DNA from: Octopus sinensis
Taxonomy: Eukaryota
Assembly: GCF_006345805.1 (NCBI RefSeq)
Contig: NC_043014.1
Coordinates: 2,728,001-2,792,000, forward strand
DNA length: 64,000 nucleotides
Reading direction: 5' to 3'
Positions 23,753 through 35,243 of the stretch are shown here, piece by piece; position 1 is the first letter of the stretch, and every line of letters starts with the position of its first letter. Both the position numbers and the translations under genes were made by a program. The notes beneath the pieces were generated by a model that was given only the letters and a program-made list of their open reading frames with translations, ran no database searches and was not told where the DNA came from.

Positions 23753-25585
23753 ACACACACACACACACTACATATATTTAAACTAGGAATTATTTTCCTG
23801 ATTTATAAAAATCATTTTAGTGGAACAAGCAGGAACACAAACACACATAATCTTTCTGTCTCATATTTATATATTTAATATATTTATGTAAATTATGGTA
23901 TTTTCTATTTATTTAAATTATGTATTTATTTAAAATATATTTTTATTTAAAATGTATTTAAATTATCTATTCATCTTAATTAAATATTCATTTAAATTAT
24001 TTATTTCAATTATATATTTATTCAAAATGTATTAAATTATATTTTTATTTTAAATATAATTCAAATGTATTTCAATCATGTGTTTAAAATGTATTTAACT
24101 AAATAATGTATTTATTTCAATTATATATTTATTTCAAATAAATTTATTTAAATTATATCTTTCAAAGCTGTGCCCCAGCATGGCACAGTCCAATGAATGA
24201 AGAAACTAAAAGATATAAGATTTATTTAAAATGTATTTATTTAAATTATATATTTATTTTGACATTTTCACAGAATTTTTTTTTTCTATTTTATGTCGTT
24301 TTGTGACAAAATGTACCAACATATACAAAACATTTAATCAAAGTGAGTTTTTTCACCAAAATTTTTGAAAAAGTTTTTTGGTGGAAGGATCAGAGGACAC
24401 ACAGACAGAAAAAATCTTTCTGACCATTTGGATCAAACCAAATTCTATTTCAGAGAGATTTCCGTTTCAATATTCTCAATGTCACTTTTTTTTTTTCCTT
24501 CTGTTGTTTTGGCCATGCATAAGTCTACAGATTACTGTTGCTCCAGCATGAGCTTAGCCTTGATGAATAAAACAAACAGAAAAGACACACACACACACAC
24601 ACACATTTATTTATTTATTCATCTATTTGACTGTCAAATTTTTTTTGGTAATTTACCAAAATATTTCAATTTTTACCAAAAATTTCCATTTTACTCACCC
24701 GCACACCCCCTTGCCACCCCCACCCCCATCATGATCACCACTACTCGTGTGGGTGGAGGGGTGGGTGTTTTTTTATTGAACTGATTGATCTGATATTGTT
24801 CTATGGTTATACTATCTAATTAATTCAAATCGGTTAAAATTTAATTAACCAAATACTTTGAATTTGTTTGGATTTTTTTTCTAAAAAACAAAAATAAGCT
24901 GTTTTCCACTCTCACCCTACCCCCATCCCTGATCCACCCCTGCACCCTGTTCCATGTTTCTGTTGTTGTTATTATTATTATTATATTATTATTATTATTA
25001 TTAAGGTGGTGAGCTGGCAGAAATGTTAGCATGGTGGGCGAAATGCTTAGCGGCATTTCCTCTGCCTTCACGTTCTGAGTTCAAATTCCACTGAGGTCAA
25101 CTTTGCCTTTCATCCTTTCGGGGTCGATAAATTAAGTACCAGTGAAACTCTGGGGTTGGTGTAATCAGCTAGACCCCTCCCCCAAAATTTCAGGCCTTGT
25201 GCCTATCGTAGAAAGAATTGTTGTTGATGTTTTGTTATTGTTATTATCTCTTGTCTTTCAAAATGAATTGACTCCACACACAAGTGACAAGCATGGACTT
25301 CAGCACCAAACACATATGTAAATGCATGTATGTGTGTGTATATATATATATGTATATATATATATATGTATATATATATATGTATATATATATGTATATC
25401 ATCATCATCATCGTTTAACGTCCGTTCTCCATGCTAGCATGGGTTGGACGGTTCGACCGGGGATCTGGGAAGCCAGAAGGCTGCACCAGGCTCCAGTCTG
25501 ATCTGGCAATGTTTCTACAGCTGGATGCCCTTCCTAACGCCAACCACTCCGTGAGTGTAGTGGGTGCTTTTTACGTGCCACCCGC

Positions 25586-25925
25586 ACATATATGTATATA
25601 TATATACATATATGTATGTATATACATATATGTATGTATATACATATATGTATGTATATACATATATGTATGTATATACATATATGTATGTATATACATA
25701 TATGTATGTATATACATATATGTATGTATATACATATATGTATGTATATATATATATATATGTATATATGTATATATATATATGTATATATGTATATATA
25801 TATATGTATATGTATATATATGTATATGTATATATATGTATATGTATATATATGTATATATATATGTATATATATGTATATATATGTATATATATATATG
25901 TGTATGTATATATATATATATATAT
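25586..25925. repeat. Compound (TA)n microsatellite with an 18-bp periodic unit tatatgtatgtatataca
   Basis: Directly visible. It produces the spurious YIYV ORFs. Confidence 0.95.
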
Positions 25926-26288
25926 ACGCGCGTGTATGTAGTTGCACATTCGTGTGTTTCCTTGCTAAAACCAGTATTTTGTGGAACAGGGTCAACGTTA
26001 ACTGTGAAACCTCAATTACCCCACCCCCTTGCTCCCTCACCCCTCACCCAATCACTTGATCTAATGGCGTGAAAGAAAATAAAAAATAAAATGATAAAAA
26101 AAAAACACTAGAAGCTTGTGTTTTGTTCGGAATGAATCTGGTGCAAATATTTCAATATTTGAATTTATAATTTATATTTTACATTTGTTAAAGAATAAAA
26201 AAAAAAAACATACTAAATCACTGTTGTTTTTATTCTTCTTTTTTTTTGCAAACAAAATCTTTCCTTTGTTTTAAATTCTGTCATCGTC

Positions 26289-26750
26289 GCCAGACGCCGG
26301 AGCTTCAGTGAATCCATGCCCAGGGAAACAAGGCGCTCAGAGTCAGACACCTACCATACTCTGAGCGCCTTGTTTCCCTGGGCATGGATTCACTGAAGCT
26401 CCGGCGTCTGGCAACGGACTTGGTAAACACCCACAAAGTTATCAACCACCTCACCAACAACACTGAACACCTTTTTGATCTCCATGTGTCTAACACACGT
26501 GGACATGCCTACAAAGTCAGAACACAACACAGCTCCCATGACTTTCGGAAACATTTCTTCACGCTCAGAGTTGCTGAAGCATAGAATAAACTGCCTGCGT
26601 CAGTTGTTGACTGCCATGACACTGCATCCTTTAAGGCCCTCATGCTTTCCGAAATCCGCCGAAACTACACCTGATTATATATACACTTTAGATGAGTTGT
26701 AGTGCACCTGAGCACTGTACACAATGTTTTTTATTATTTTATTATTATTA
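26289..26750 (+). mobile_element. 5'-truncated CR1-type LINE 3' end with fold-back 5' inversion
   Basis: LPYSERLVSLGMDSLKLRRL...TRGHAYKV...RKHFFTLRVAEA*NKLP is the CR1 ORF2 C-terminus. 3' stem-loop agtgc-acctga-gcact and (ATT)n tail. Confidence 0.85.
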
Positions 26751-27199
26751 TCATCATCATCATCATCACCATTTGATGTCCACTTGTCCACGTTGTTCCT
26801 GTCTCCAACCTTCACTTGTTTCTGAGTAAGGAAATAGCCGCCCCACAAGGCCAGACATGTTTTCACGGAAGACTGCAAACAAGAGGACACCTCTTGCACG
26901 ACAGGGATGCTCGTTTACAATCGTCACCAGATATCAAGGTAAGGTAACAGTAACACACAAACACGCACACACACACACATGTACAAAGAACTTCTCAGCT
27001 TCTGTCTACCGAATCCACTCGTCCAAGGCACTTTGCCCAAAGTACTAAGCAGCAGGGATCAACCCAGAGCCATATTTTTTTACTCGTCTCAGTTATTACA
27101 CGACGGCCATTCTGGGGTGCAAGGCCTTGAATTGACCCCAGTAATCTGTTTTTTTATTTATTTTAAAGCCTGGCACCTTACTCTATTGGTTTATTTTGC

Positions 27200-27632
27200 T
27201 TCCCTGGGCATGGATACATTGAAACTCCGACGTCTGGCAGCTGACTTGGCAGACACCCATAAAATTATCAACCATCTTACAAACAATAACTCTGAGCACC
27301 TTTTCAAACTCCACCCGTCTAACACCCGTGGACATATTTACAAAGTCAGAAAACAGCACAGCTCCCATGACTTCAGGAAACATTTTTTCACGCTGAGAGT
27401 TGCTGAAGCATGGAACAAACTGCCGGCATCAGTTGTTAGTCGTTGGAGCACTGCATCCTTGCCAACACTACACCTGATCTTCTCCCCTCCATACACACAC
27501 AGGCATGTATCTGACTCATACACTGTTCGCTTTCCAGACATTTGTACATTACTGCATATGCTTTATATGCACTTTTCACAAGTTGTGGTGCACCTGAGCA
27601 CTGTATACAATAATTTCATTATTATTATTATT
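27200..27632 (+). mobile_element. Second 5'-truncated copy of the same CR1 family
   Basis: SLGMDTLKLRRL...RKHFFTLRVAEAWNKLP, same 3' stem-loop and (ATT)n tail, longer 3' UTR than the first copy. Confidence 0.85.
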
Positions 27633-28419
27633 TTGCTAAACTGTTAAATTATGGGGACATAAACACACCAACACCAATTGTCAAGCAGCATGGGGAGGAG
27701 GGACAAACAAACACACGCACACACACATATATATATTCTTTTACTTGTTTCAGTCATTTGACTGGCCATGCTGGAGCAGTGCCTTCAGTTGAAGGCATGA
27801 ACCCCAGGACTTATTCTTTATAAGCCTAGCACTTATCCTATAGGTGTCTTTTGCCGAACCACTTAGTTATGGGAACGTAAACACACCAACATCAGTTGTC
27901 AAGCATATACATACATACATACATATATATATATGATGGGCTTCTTTCAGTTTCCATCTACCAAATCAACTCACAAAGCTTTGAACAGCCTGAAGCTATA
28001 GTAGAAGACACTTGCCCAAGGTGTCACACAGTGGGACTGAACCTAGAACCATGTGGTTGGGAAGCAAGCTTCTTACCACACAGATATGCCTATGCCTATA
28101 TATATGATGGGCTTCTTTCAGTTTCTGTCTACCAAATCTACTGACAAGGCTTTGGTTGGCCCCAGGCTATAGTAGAAGACACTTGTCCAAGGTGCCATGC
28201 AGTTGGGAAATAAACCTCTCACCCCACAGCCACCCCTGCACCAATGCTCTAATCTATATTTCATTGTTTATTTTATTTCCCCTTACTTCTGGTCTTGGAG
28301 AAGGGGTCAGTCAGATATACAAACCTCACCAGTACAAATTCAATTCAATAAAGTTCAAGGATTTGCATCTTAGTTTACGCTGCCAAAGTTTGGCGCTTGC
28401 CTAAGATCTATTCCTGGAC

Positions 28420-29017
28420 CGACGGTCATTCAGAATGCTCACAGCAGCCATATTCCTACCGCTCTATGTCACACTGGTAAGACCCATATTGGAGTACGGG
28501 ATTCAAGCCTCTTCTCCTTATCTCCTCAAAGACATACAGCATCTCGAAAGAGTCCAGAAGCTGGCTACCCGCATGGTTCTTGGTCTCAAGCATTTGTCTT
28601 ATGAAGAAAGGCTGAGGATGCTCGACCTTTATTCTCTAGAAAAACGACAACGCCGTGGAGATCTCATTCTTGCTCACAACATCATAAGCGGAAAGTGTAA
28701 CCTCTCGAAAGAGCTGTTCTTCACTCCTGCTCCAGAGTGTTGGCTGCGGGGTCAGTCCGAAAAGCTCTATCTGCGACGATTTCATCTCAATCGAAGGAGA
28801 GGGGCTTTCTCCGTCCAGGTTGCGGATCCGTGGAATAAGCTGCCGGACAAGATAGTGAAGATGCCGACGACCGCTCGGTTTAAAGTCTCCCTTAACCACA
28901 AGTGGCCTGAACTCTTTACATGAACACCACCCTGTACATAACTCCATGTCCCCCTACATGGCCTTGCTTTTTTGCTTTTTGAGCCAAAAATTAACTAACT
29001 AACTAACTAACTAACTA
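28420..29017 (+). mobile_element. 5'-truncated CR1 LINE of a different family
   Basis: LYVTLVRPILEYG...LERVQKLATRM...YEERL...LEKRQRRGDLI...WNKLP, 3' hairpin ccatgt-cccct-acatgg, (AACT)n tail. Confidence 0.88.
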
Positions 29018-29384
29018 AAATCTCTCAGATACAATAGCCACTAATTTTTCTCCCTTTCATTCCAGAGAGTAAGAAATTTTAAAGTGCTCGACCTCTCCCT
29101 GTGGTTTAGCTGCTGCAAGGAACCTATCTCCAAGGTCTTCAGTGGGCCCCACACTATGACGGGTCCAGATTAAGAACTAAAGTCTTCTATGAGGCAAACT
29201 TTGGTTTCCTGTTCCATGTCAGTTGTCTTCTTGCAGTCCCAGGATCACAAAAGCATTGGGAGTGGATTTGGTGGACAGAAACTGAAAGAGGGCTATTGTG
29301 TGTGTGCTTGTGCTTTTCTTGACATCACATGACATTTTGCAAAAAGCCTGGCACCAATGGAATAGCAACAGCAAAAGCAAAATT

Positions 29385-30115
29385 AGACTAGCAACAACAT
29401 GAGATAGCAATGGCAAACTGCAGTGATAACATCAAGGATAGCAACAACATTGGCTAAACTAGATTAGCAACAACATCTGAGATAGCAATGGCAAGCTGCA
29501 GTAATAACATCAGGGATAGCAACAACATTGGCTAAACTAAATTAGCAACAACATCTGAGGTAGCAATGGCAAACTGCAGTGATAACATCAGGGATAGCAA
29601 CAACATTGGCTAAACTAGATTAGCAACAACATCTGAGATAGCAATGGCAAGCTGCAGTAATAACATCAGGGATAGCAACAACATTGGCTAAACTAAATTA
29701 GCAACAACATCTGAGATAGCAATGGCAAACTGCAGTGATAACATCAGGGATAGCAACAACATTGGCTAAACTAGATTAGCAACAACATCTGAGATAGCAA
29801 TGGCAAGCTGCAGTAATAACATCAGGGATAGCAACAAGATTGGCTAAACTAAATTAGCAACAACATCTGAGATAGCAATGGCAAACTGCAGTAATAACAT
29901 CAGGGATAGCAACAACATTGGCTAAGCTAGATTAGCAACAACATCTGAGATAGCAATGGCAAGCTGCAGTAATAACATCAGGGATAGCAACAACATTGGC
30001 TAAGCTAGATTAGCAACAACATATGAGATAGCAATGGCAAGCTGCAGTAATAACATCAGGGATAGCAACAACATTGGCTAAACTAAATTAGCAACAACAT
30101 CTGAGATAGCAATGA
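29385..30115. repeat. 78-bp minisatellite, about 9.5 copies, with degenerate tagcaacaac-rich extension to about 30440
   Basis: gctaa unit starts at 29453, 29531, 29609, 29687, 29765, 29843, 29921, 29999 and 30077 (exact 78-bp period). Confidence 0.95.
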
Positions 30116-31179
30116 CATAAATTGTGAAGGGAACACATCTGGGATAGCAACAACGCAACTGAGTTGGCAACAATATCTGATGAGAAAGCAACAAGTATCT
30201 GCAATAGCAACAACATATCCTGAATTTTGGATAATAACACAGTGGAGATAGTAACAGCAATGGACTGATATATCAACAACAGGAGTGGATTAGCAACAAC
30301 AATGACAAAAGTGGGTTAGCAACATCTGTGAAAGCACTGATACAAACTGGGAGAATTGCAACACATCTGGGTTAGCAACAACACAACCAAGAAAGCAACA
30401 AACATCTAAGATAGCAACAGCACATCTGAGCAATAGCAACAAAACCACAGTGAATTAAGTTGAAAATTATCAAAATAGTAGGTGTAGGAGTGGCTGTGTG
30501 GTAAGTAGCTTGCTTACGAACCACATGGTTCCAGATTCAGTCCCACTGCGTGGCACCTTGGGCAAGTGTCTTCTACTATAGCCTCAGGCCGACCAAAGCC
30601 TTGTGAGTGGATTTGGTAGACAGAAACTGAAAGAAGCCCGTCGTATATATGTATGTGTGTGTGTGTTTGTGTTTGTCCCCCCAACATCGCTTGACAATCG
30701 ATGGTGGTGTGTTTACATCCCTGTAACTTAGCAGTTCGGCAAAAGAGACAGATAGAACAAGTACTAGGCTTACAAAGAATAAGTCCTGGGGTCGATTTGC
30801 TCGACTAAAAGCGGTGCTCCAGCATGGCCACAGTCAAATGACTGAAACAATTAAGAGAGTAAAAGAGAATTAAATACACTGATTTCAAGACCCACCTATT
30901 TGTGGGAAGGCCACGGTCAAGTAAACCAACCATTACGTTTTGACGACCCCAGGAGATTAAAAAGGAAGAGTTATTCCTGGGGTATTTGAACTCAGAAACG
31001 TCACACAACATAATGATATTAAAATAATTTATTGACAAAAGAATGATATGTGCATGTACATACATAATTGTGTATGTTTGTATATATGTATTGAGTGTGT
31101 ATCTTTATATGCATGTGTGCGTGAATGTGTGTATAAACATTTTAGTGTGCATGTCTAAGCTGATATAAATACATGTGTG

Positions 31180-31211
<32 letters not shown>

Positions 31212-31224
<13 letters not shown>

Positions 31225-31415
31225 TTAGAGACAAAACCACTATTTTGCAAATCAAACAAAGAAAGACTTAATCCAATACATAAAAAAATTTTAATATAAA
31301 TTAAATAAAATTATAATTTTATTTAATTTATATTAAAATTTTTTTATGTATTGGATTAAGTCTTTCTTTGTTTGATTTGCAAAATAGTGGTTTTGTCTCT
31401 AATTAATATTATATA
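31212..31415. repeat. Perfect 204-bp spacerless palindrome
   Basis: 31212..31313 is the exact reverse complement of 31314..31415, centred on aaaattataatttt. Confidence 0.9.
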
Positions 31416-31729
31416 ATATTTTACTATAAAATTGGATTCAATCCTAAATCTGATTTTCCCTGTAAATTTGGATTTATTCCCTAATATTTATTATTATATA
31501 TATATATATATATATACAAATGTAAATCTATGTGTGTCTCTAGTCAAATGTATTTACAAAGAGTTAAGAGAACAGATGAATGGACAAGAGGAGACAACTC
31601 TGTCAATTGGTAACTAGTTAGAAACGGTAACATGACAGTTGAAAATTATTACTGTAATGGTCACCCAGAGCAGTAAAGAACAGAAAGGCACTTGACATCT
31701 TCCAAGGTAATGTAGCATCATTTTATATA

Positions 31730-33043
31730 TTAAACACCTGCATATTCAGTTTCCTGGTTTAGCTTCTTGAATTCCACAACTCGCAGGAAGATATATTCCA
31801 GTATATGTTTGGCATCTTTCGATTCTGAAGAGAGTTTAGTGGTCACCCCTAAAATATCTCCACACTCTCGTATGTAATACTCAAGGTCAGAGTCTGTGCA
31901 CTTATTTGTGAGTTGGGCCAGACGAGCCTTCTCCGACGAGAATTGCTCGTCGAGGTCAAACAGATCCAAACTGGGGGCAGGCAGTTCCCGAAGAGCCAAC
32001 GGGAAAACAGCCGGCTGGAGTGGACTGAGAGGGGTTTCAAACTGTGGGGTGATCAGTGCAAGGGTGTCATGCTTCACATGCAGTTCGTTGTAGGCCCGAA
32101 TCGCTGTGGGGATGAGGGACGTGTCCAGTTTGTACAGAGAGTTGTCAAACAGGGAGGCAATGTCGCGAGGAATGTCGTCCGTTTCCTGCAAACAAGTCTT
32201 CAGTTCTTCAGACAAGGTGGACATTTGTGGCAGCATGTTGTAGTCAGATATGTCTGGGTCATCGGCATCGATCTGGTTCAGTTTGATGTTGTTTGTGGTG
32301 AGAAATTTCAGCAGAACTTCCAGGATCTTCAGATTCTCTTCTTTCTCTAAGTAAGTATCGTTAAACATATGTACAGAACCGAGAACGGCGAGTTTGCCTT
32401 TGCTTTGCTGGCTGGAATACAGGGCACACACTGGACGGTTGAGTGGGAACGACACAGTGCCTGACGACAAGATGGACACAGCTGGAGCAATGACATTCAG
32501 GGTCGCACCAAAAGGATACAGAAACGAGAGTGCTTGTGCATTGTTCCCACCATCAGAATCACTGATCAGTCCTGAGTTCAGCTTCCCTGCTGCTTGGCTG
32601 ATGGCTCTGTTCAGGACCCCATTCTGTACCAACACTTCTTTAGGGTGGAAATACTTGTGATAAGATGTCCTCACAACAGAGTCGCTGTTTATCATAATAC
32701 CATATTCTTCAAGCAGGAAGTTGATGTTGTTTTCGTATCGGTCTTCTCCGCCTTCACCCAGCATCACAAATATATTGCCGCCCTTGGCAACGTAGTGTTT
32801 CATGACATTGAACTCATCCTGAGTGAATTTCTCGCGGGGAGCCGCCAGGACAAACACACGGGCACTGGCGAGCTTCTCCTCGGTAATCGAGTCCTTGTTG
32901 TTTTGGAATCTCCAGTCAGACCGAAGTTTACGACTGAAGGTTTTGAAACCTCGACCCAGGGAGAACAACTCGTTTTTGCAAGTATTAAAAAGTATCAAGT
33001 TACCAGGATTCCCACCTTCAACGCCTTCTGTGACAGGTGCCAT
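31730..33043 (-). CDS. IFT52: Intraflagellar transport protein 52, intronless CDS, 437 aa
   Basis: GIFT-domain motifs (PREKFT.DEF, VMLGEGGE, INFLLEEYGI, YHKYFHPKE, YPFGATL, FPLNRP) and C-terminal LPQ/ITPQFETPL...LFDLDEQFSSEK. Full length with no stops. Confidence 0.96.
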   Translation of the reverse strand: MAPVTEGVEGGNPGNLILFNTCKNELFSLGRGFKTFSRKLRSDWRFQNNKDSITEEKLASARVFVLAAPREKFTQDEFNVMKHYVAKGGNIFVMLGEGGEDRYENNINFLLEEYGIMINSDSVVRTSYHKYFHPKEVLVQNGVLNRAISQAAGKLNSGLISDSDGGNNAQALSFLYPFGATLNVIAPAVSILSSGTVSFPLNRPVCALYSSQQSKGKLAVLGSVHMFNDTYLEKEENLKILEVLLKFLTTNNIKLNQIDADDPDISDYNMLPQMSTLSEELKTCLQETDDIPRDIASLFDNSLYKLDTSLIPTAIRAYNELHVKHDTLALITPQFETPLSPLQPAVFPLALRELPAPSLDLFDLDEQFSSEKARLAQLTNKCTDSDLEYYIRECGDILGVTTKLSSESKDAKHILEYIFLRVVEFKKLNQETEYAGV

Positions 33044-33075
33044 GTTTCTGGAATGTTTTAGATATCAACCCACTT

Positions 33076-33100
33076 CTGAAAGAAAAAAAACAGAGAAATA
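33076..33100 (-). promoter_or_regulatory. 3' splice acceptor of a putative 5'-UTR intron of IFT52
   Basis: Minus strand tttctctgttttttttctttcag|aagtgg, a strong polypyrimidine tract plus CAG, about 32 nt before the ATG. Confidence 0.6.
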
Positions 33101-33144
33101 GATATATAACTTATATATAAGTAGATAAGTATGTATATATATAT

Positions 33145-33350
33145 ATATATATAGTTAATCCAAACAAGAAAGCACAAAAAAACACAACGTGAGGACATGG
33201 AACAAATATAGTATTATTGGACGCTCAGGAAAGAAGGAGGGTTTAACGTTTCAAGCGGAGCTCTTCGTCGGAAACATAGAAGGAAAGATCCAGAGAAGGG
33301 AAGACAGAGGAAAAAAATCGCCAACGGTACAAACGCGGTCACATTTTGAA
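33145..33350 (-). mobile_element. Penelope-like pseudo-LTR fragment in (TA)n
   Basis: Flanked by (TA)n and contains ccgacgaagagc..gcttgaaacgt, a PLE/hammerhead-like motif. Similar fragments at about 35340..35530 and 54150..54340. Confidence 0.45.
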
Positions 33351-33561
33351 TGTATATATATATAAATTAGAAAAAAAACCCACCTTTCATCAATTCAATA
33401 ATGAAAAATTAAATTATACCATTTAGAAAAATTACATATTATAGAAAGATTAAATATAAATATATAAATTATATATATATATATATATTATATTTTGTGA
33501 AATTTGATTTAGTATTTCTAAATTGAATTTTTCCCTCTAAGTTTGGAATAATATTCCCTCA

Positions 33562-33595
<34 letters not shown>

Positions 33596-33634
33596 ATATA
33601 TCAGTGGAAATTGCAGCTGTGGTTAAGCGAACCA

Positions 33635-34095
33635 TCCGATCGTGGTCGTTGCCGGCGCCACCCCGTCTGGCCTCCATGCCGGTGGGACGTAAAAGCACCA
33701 TCCATTCGTGTCCGCTGCTAGCCTCGCCTGGCTCCCGTGCTGGTGGCACGTAAAAGCACCATCTGTTCGTGGCCGTTGTCAGCCTCGCCTGGCCCCGTGC
33801 CGGTGGCATGTAAAAGCACCATCTGCTCGTGTCCGTTGCCAGCCTCGCGTGGCACGTAAAAGCACTATCCGTTCGTGGCCGTTTGCCAGCTCCGTCTGGC
33901 ACCTGTGCGGGTGGCACGTAAAAAGCACCCACTACACTCACGGAGTGGTTGGCGTTAGGAAGGGCATCCAGCCGTAGAAACACTGCCAGATCTGACTGGG
34001 CCTGATGCAGCCTTCCGGCTTCACAGACCCCAGTTGAACCGTCCAACCCATGCTAGCATGGAAAGCAGACGCTAAATGATGATGATGATGATGAT
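33635..34095 (+). mobile_element. SINE family C with an internal array of about six imperfect 40-50-bp repeats (ggtggcacgtaaaagcaccatc...)
   Basis: Tandem subunits at 33640..33930, then the ggaagggcatccagccgtagaaac core and (GAT)n tail. Confidence 0.8.
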
Positions 34096-34097
34096 GA

Positions 34098-34139
<42 letters not shown>

Positions 34140-34409
34140 TGTCAAAGGGAAATGGAATTTAATTAAAATCAAAACATTCAATCAAAAATTTACATTTCCA
34201 GTGGTCTAACGTGCAAAAATAAAATTAGTCAAGAAGACTATATATTAGTCATATGATATAGTGTGTATTTATACACATAAGGAATCCACTTAACGTGAAT
34301 TCAACACATTAGAAAGAACAGCTAGGTTTACAGAACCTAGCTGTTCTTTCTAATGTGTTCAATTTCACGTAAAGTGGATTCCTTATGTGTATAAATATAC
34401 ACTATATCG

Positions 34410-34442
<33 letters not shown>

Positions 34443-35023
34443 TCACACATTTATATATGTATATATATATATATATTAATAAATACATTAAAGAAGCGCC
34501 AATCTCTAACTGTGGTGGGAAGACATGGGATGAAGTAATGAAGCATGGTCTTCAAACGTTGGCCCTCCCAAGGGCAAATGGCTAATGACAGAGACTGTTG
34601 ACGCTAAGCTGTGCTTGAGAAGGTCCATCAAGCCAAGTGAAATTGTAGTCGTGGCCAATGCTGGGGTCACGTAACTGGCACCCATGCTGGTTGCACAAAA
34701 AACACACTTTTTGAGCGTTGGGCCTCACGGAGGCAATGTGGATGATGTCAGTGACATGTAAAAAGTAGCTTTCGAGTATTTGGGCCTCACAGAGGCAATG
34801 ACAAATTACCGAAACCTTTGGCATTATGCTGGGCTTGAGAAGAAGACCCATCAAGCCAAGTGAAATAGGGGTTGTAGCAGATATTGGTGTCACACAGCTG
34901 GCACTTAAAAGCACTCATTACATTCTCTGGAGTGGTTGGCATTAGGAAGGGCATCCAGTTGTAGAAACCATGCCAATTCAGACTAGAGTCTGGTGCAGCC
35001 GCTCAGCTTACTAGCCCTTAACC

Positions 35024-35243
35024 CAGTGCTTTTCAGCCTTTTTTGCTGGAGCGGAACCCGAAGGAAACATTCCACTGGCTCGAGGAACCCCTGTGTAACA
35101 ATTTAATATTCTTATGCACAAATATCTGCACAGGAGAATTAAAAATTACTGCCGATTTTAGCAGTTTTGTAACATCTTGCGGAACCCCTGGACTGTACTG
35201 GCGGAACCCTAAGGTTCCGCGGAACCCTGGTTGAAAACCACTG
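35024..35243. mobile_element. hAT (Charlie-like) MITE inserted in a family C SINE
   Basis: TIRs cagtgcttttcagcc / ggttgaaaaccactg. Flanks ccttaacc / atttaacc (6 of 8 match). Confidence 0.7.

Noticed and set aside
23870-24260. AT-rich degenerate repeat of about 25 bp as a functional element
   Set aside because: It is low-complexity sequence with no consistent unit or distinctive structure.
25431-26072. Several 125-213 aa ORFs on both strands
   Set aside because: They consist of SINE C sequence plus (TA)n-type repeats.
26979-27647. 222-aa ORF as a gene
   Set aside because: It is a chance fusion of an inverted SINE fragment, the CR1 ORF2 tail and 3' UTR.
29385-30115. CRISPR-like or coding (26-codon) repeat
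   Set aside because: There are no unique spacers or cas genes, the context is eukaryotic, and all six frames of the unit contain stops.
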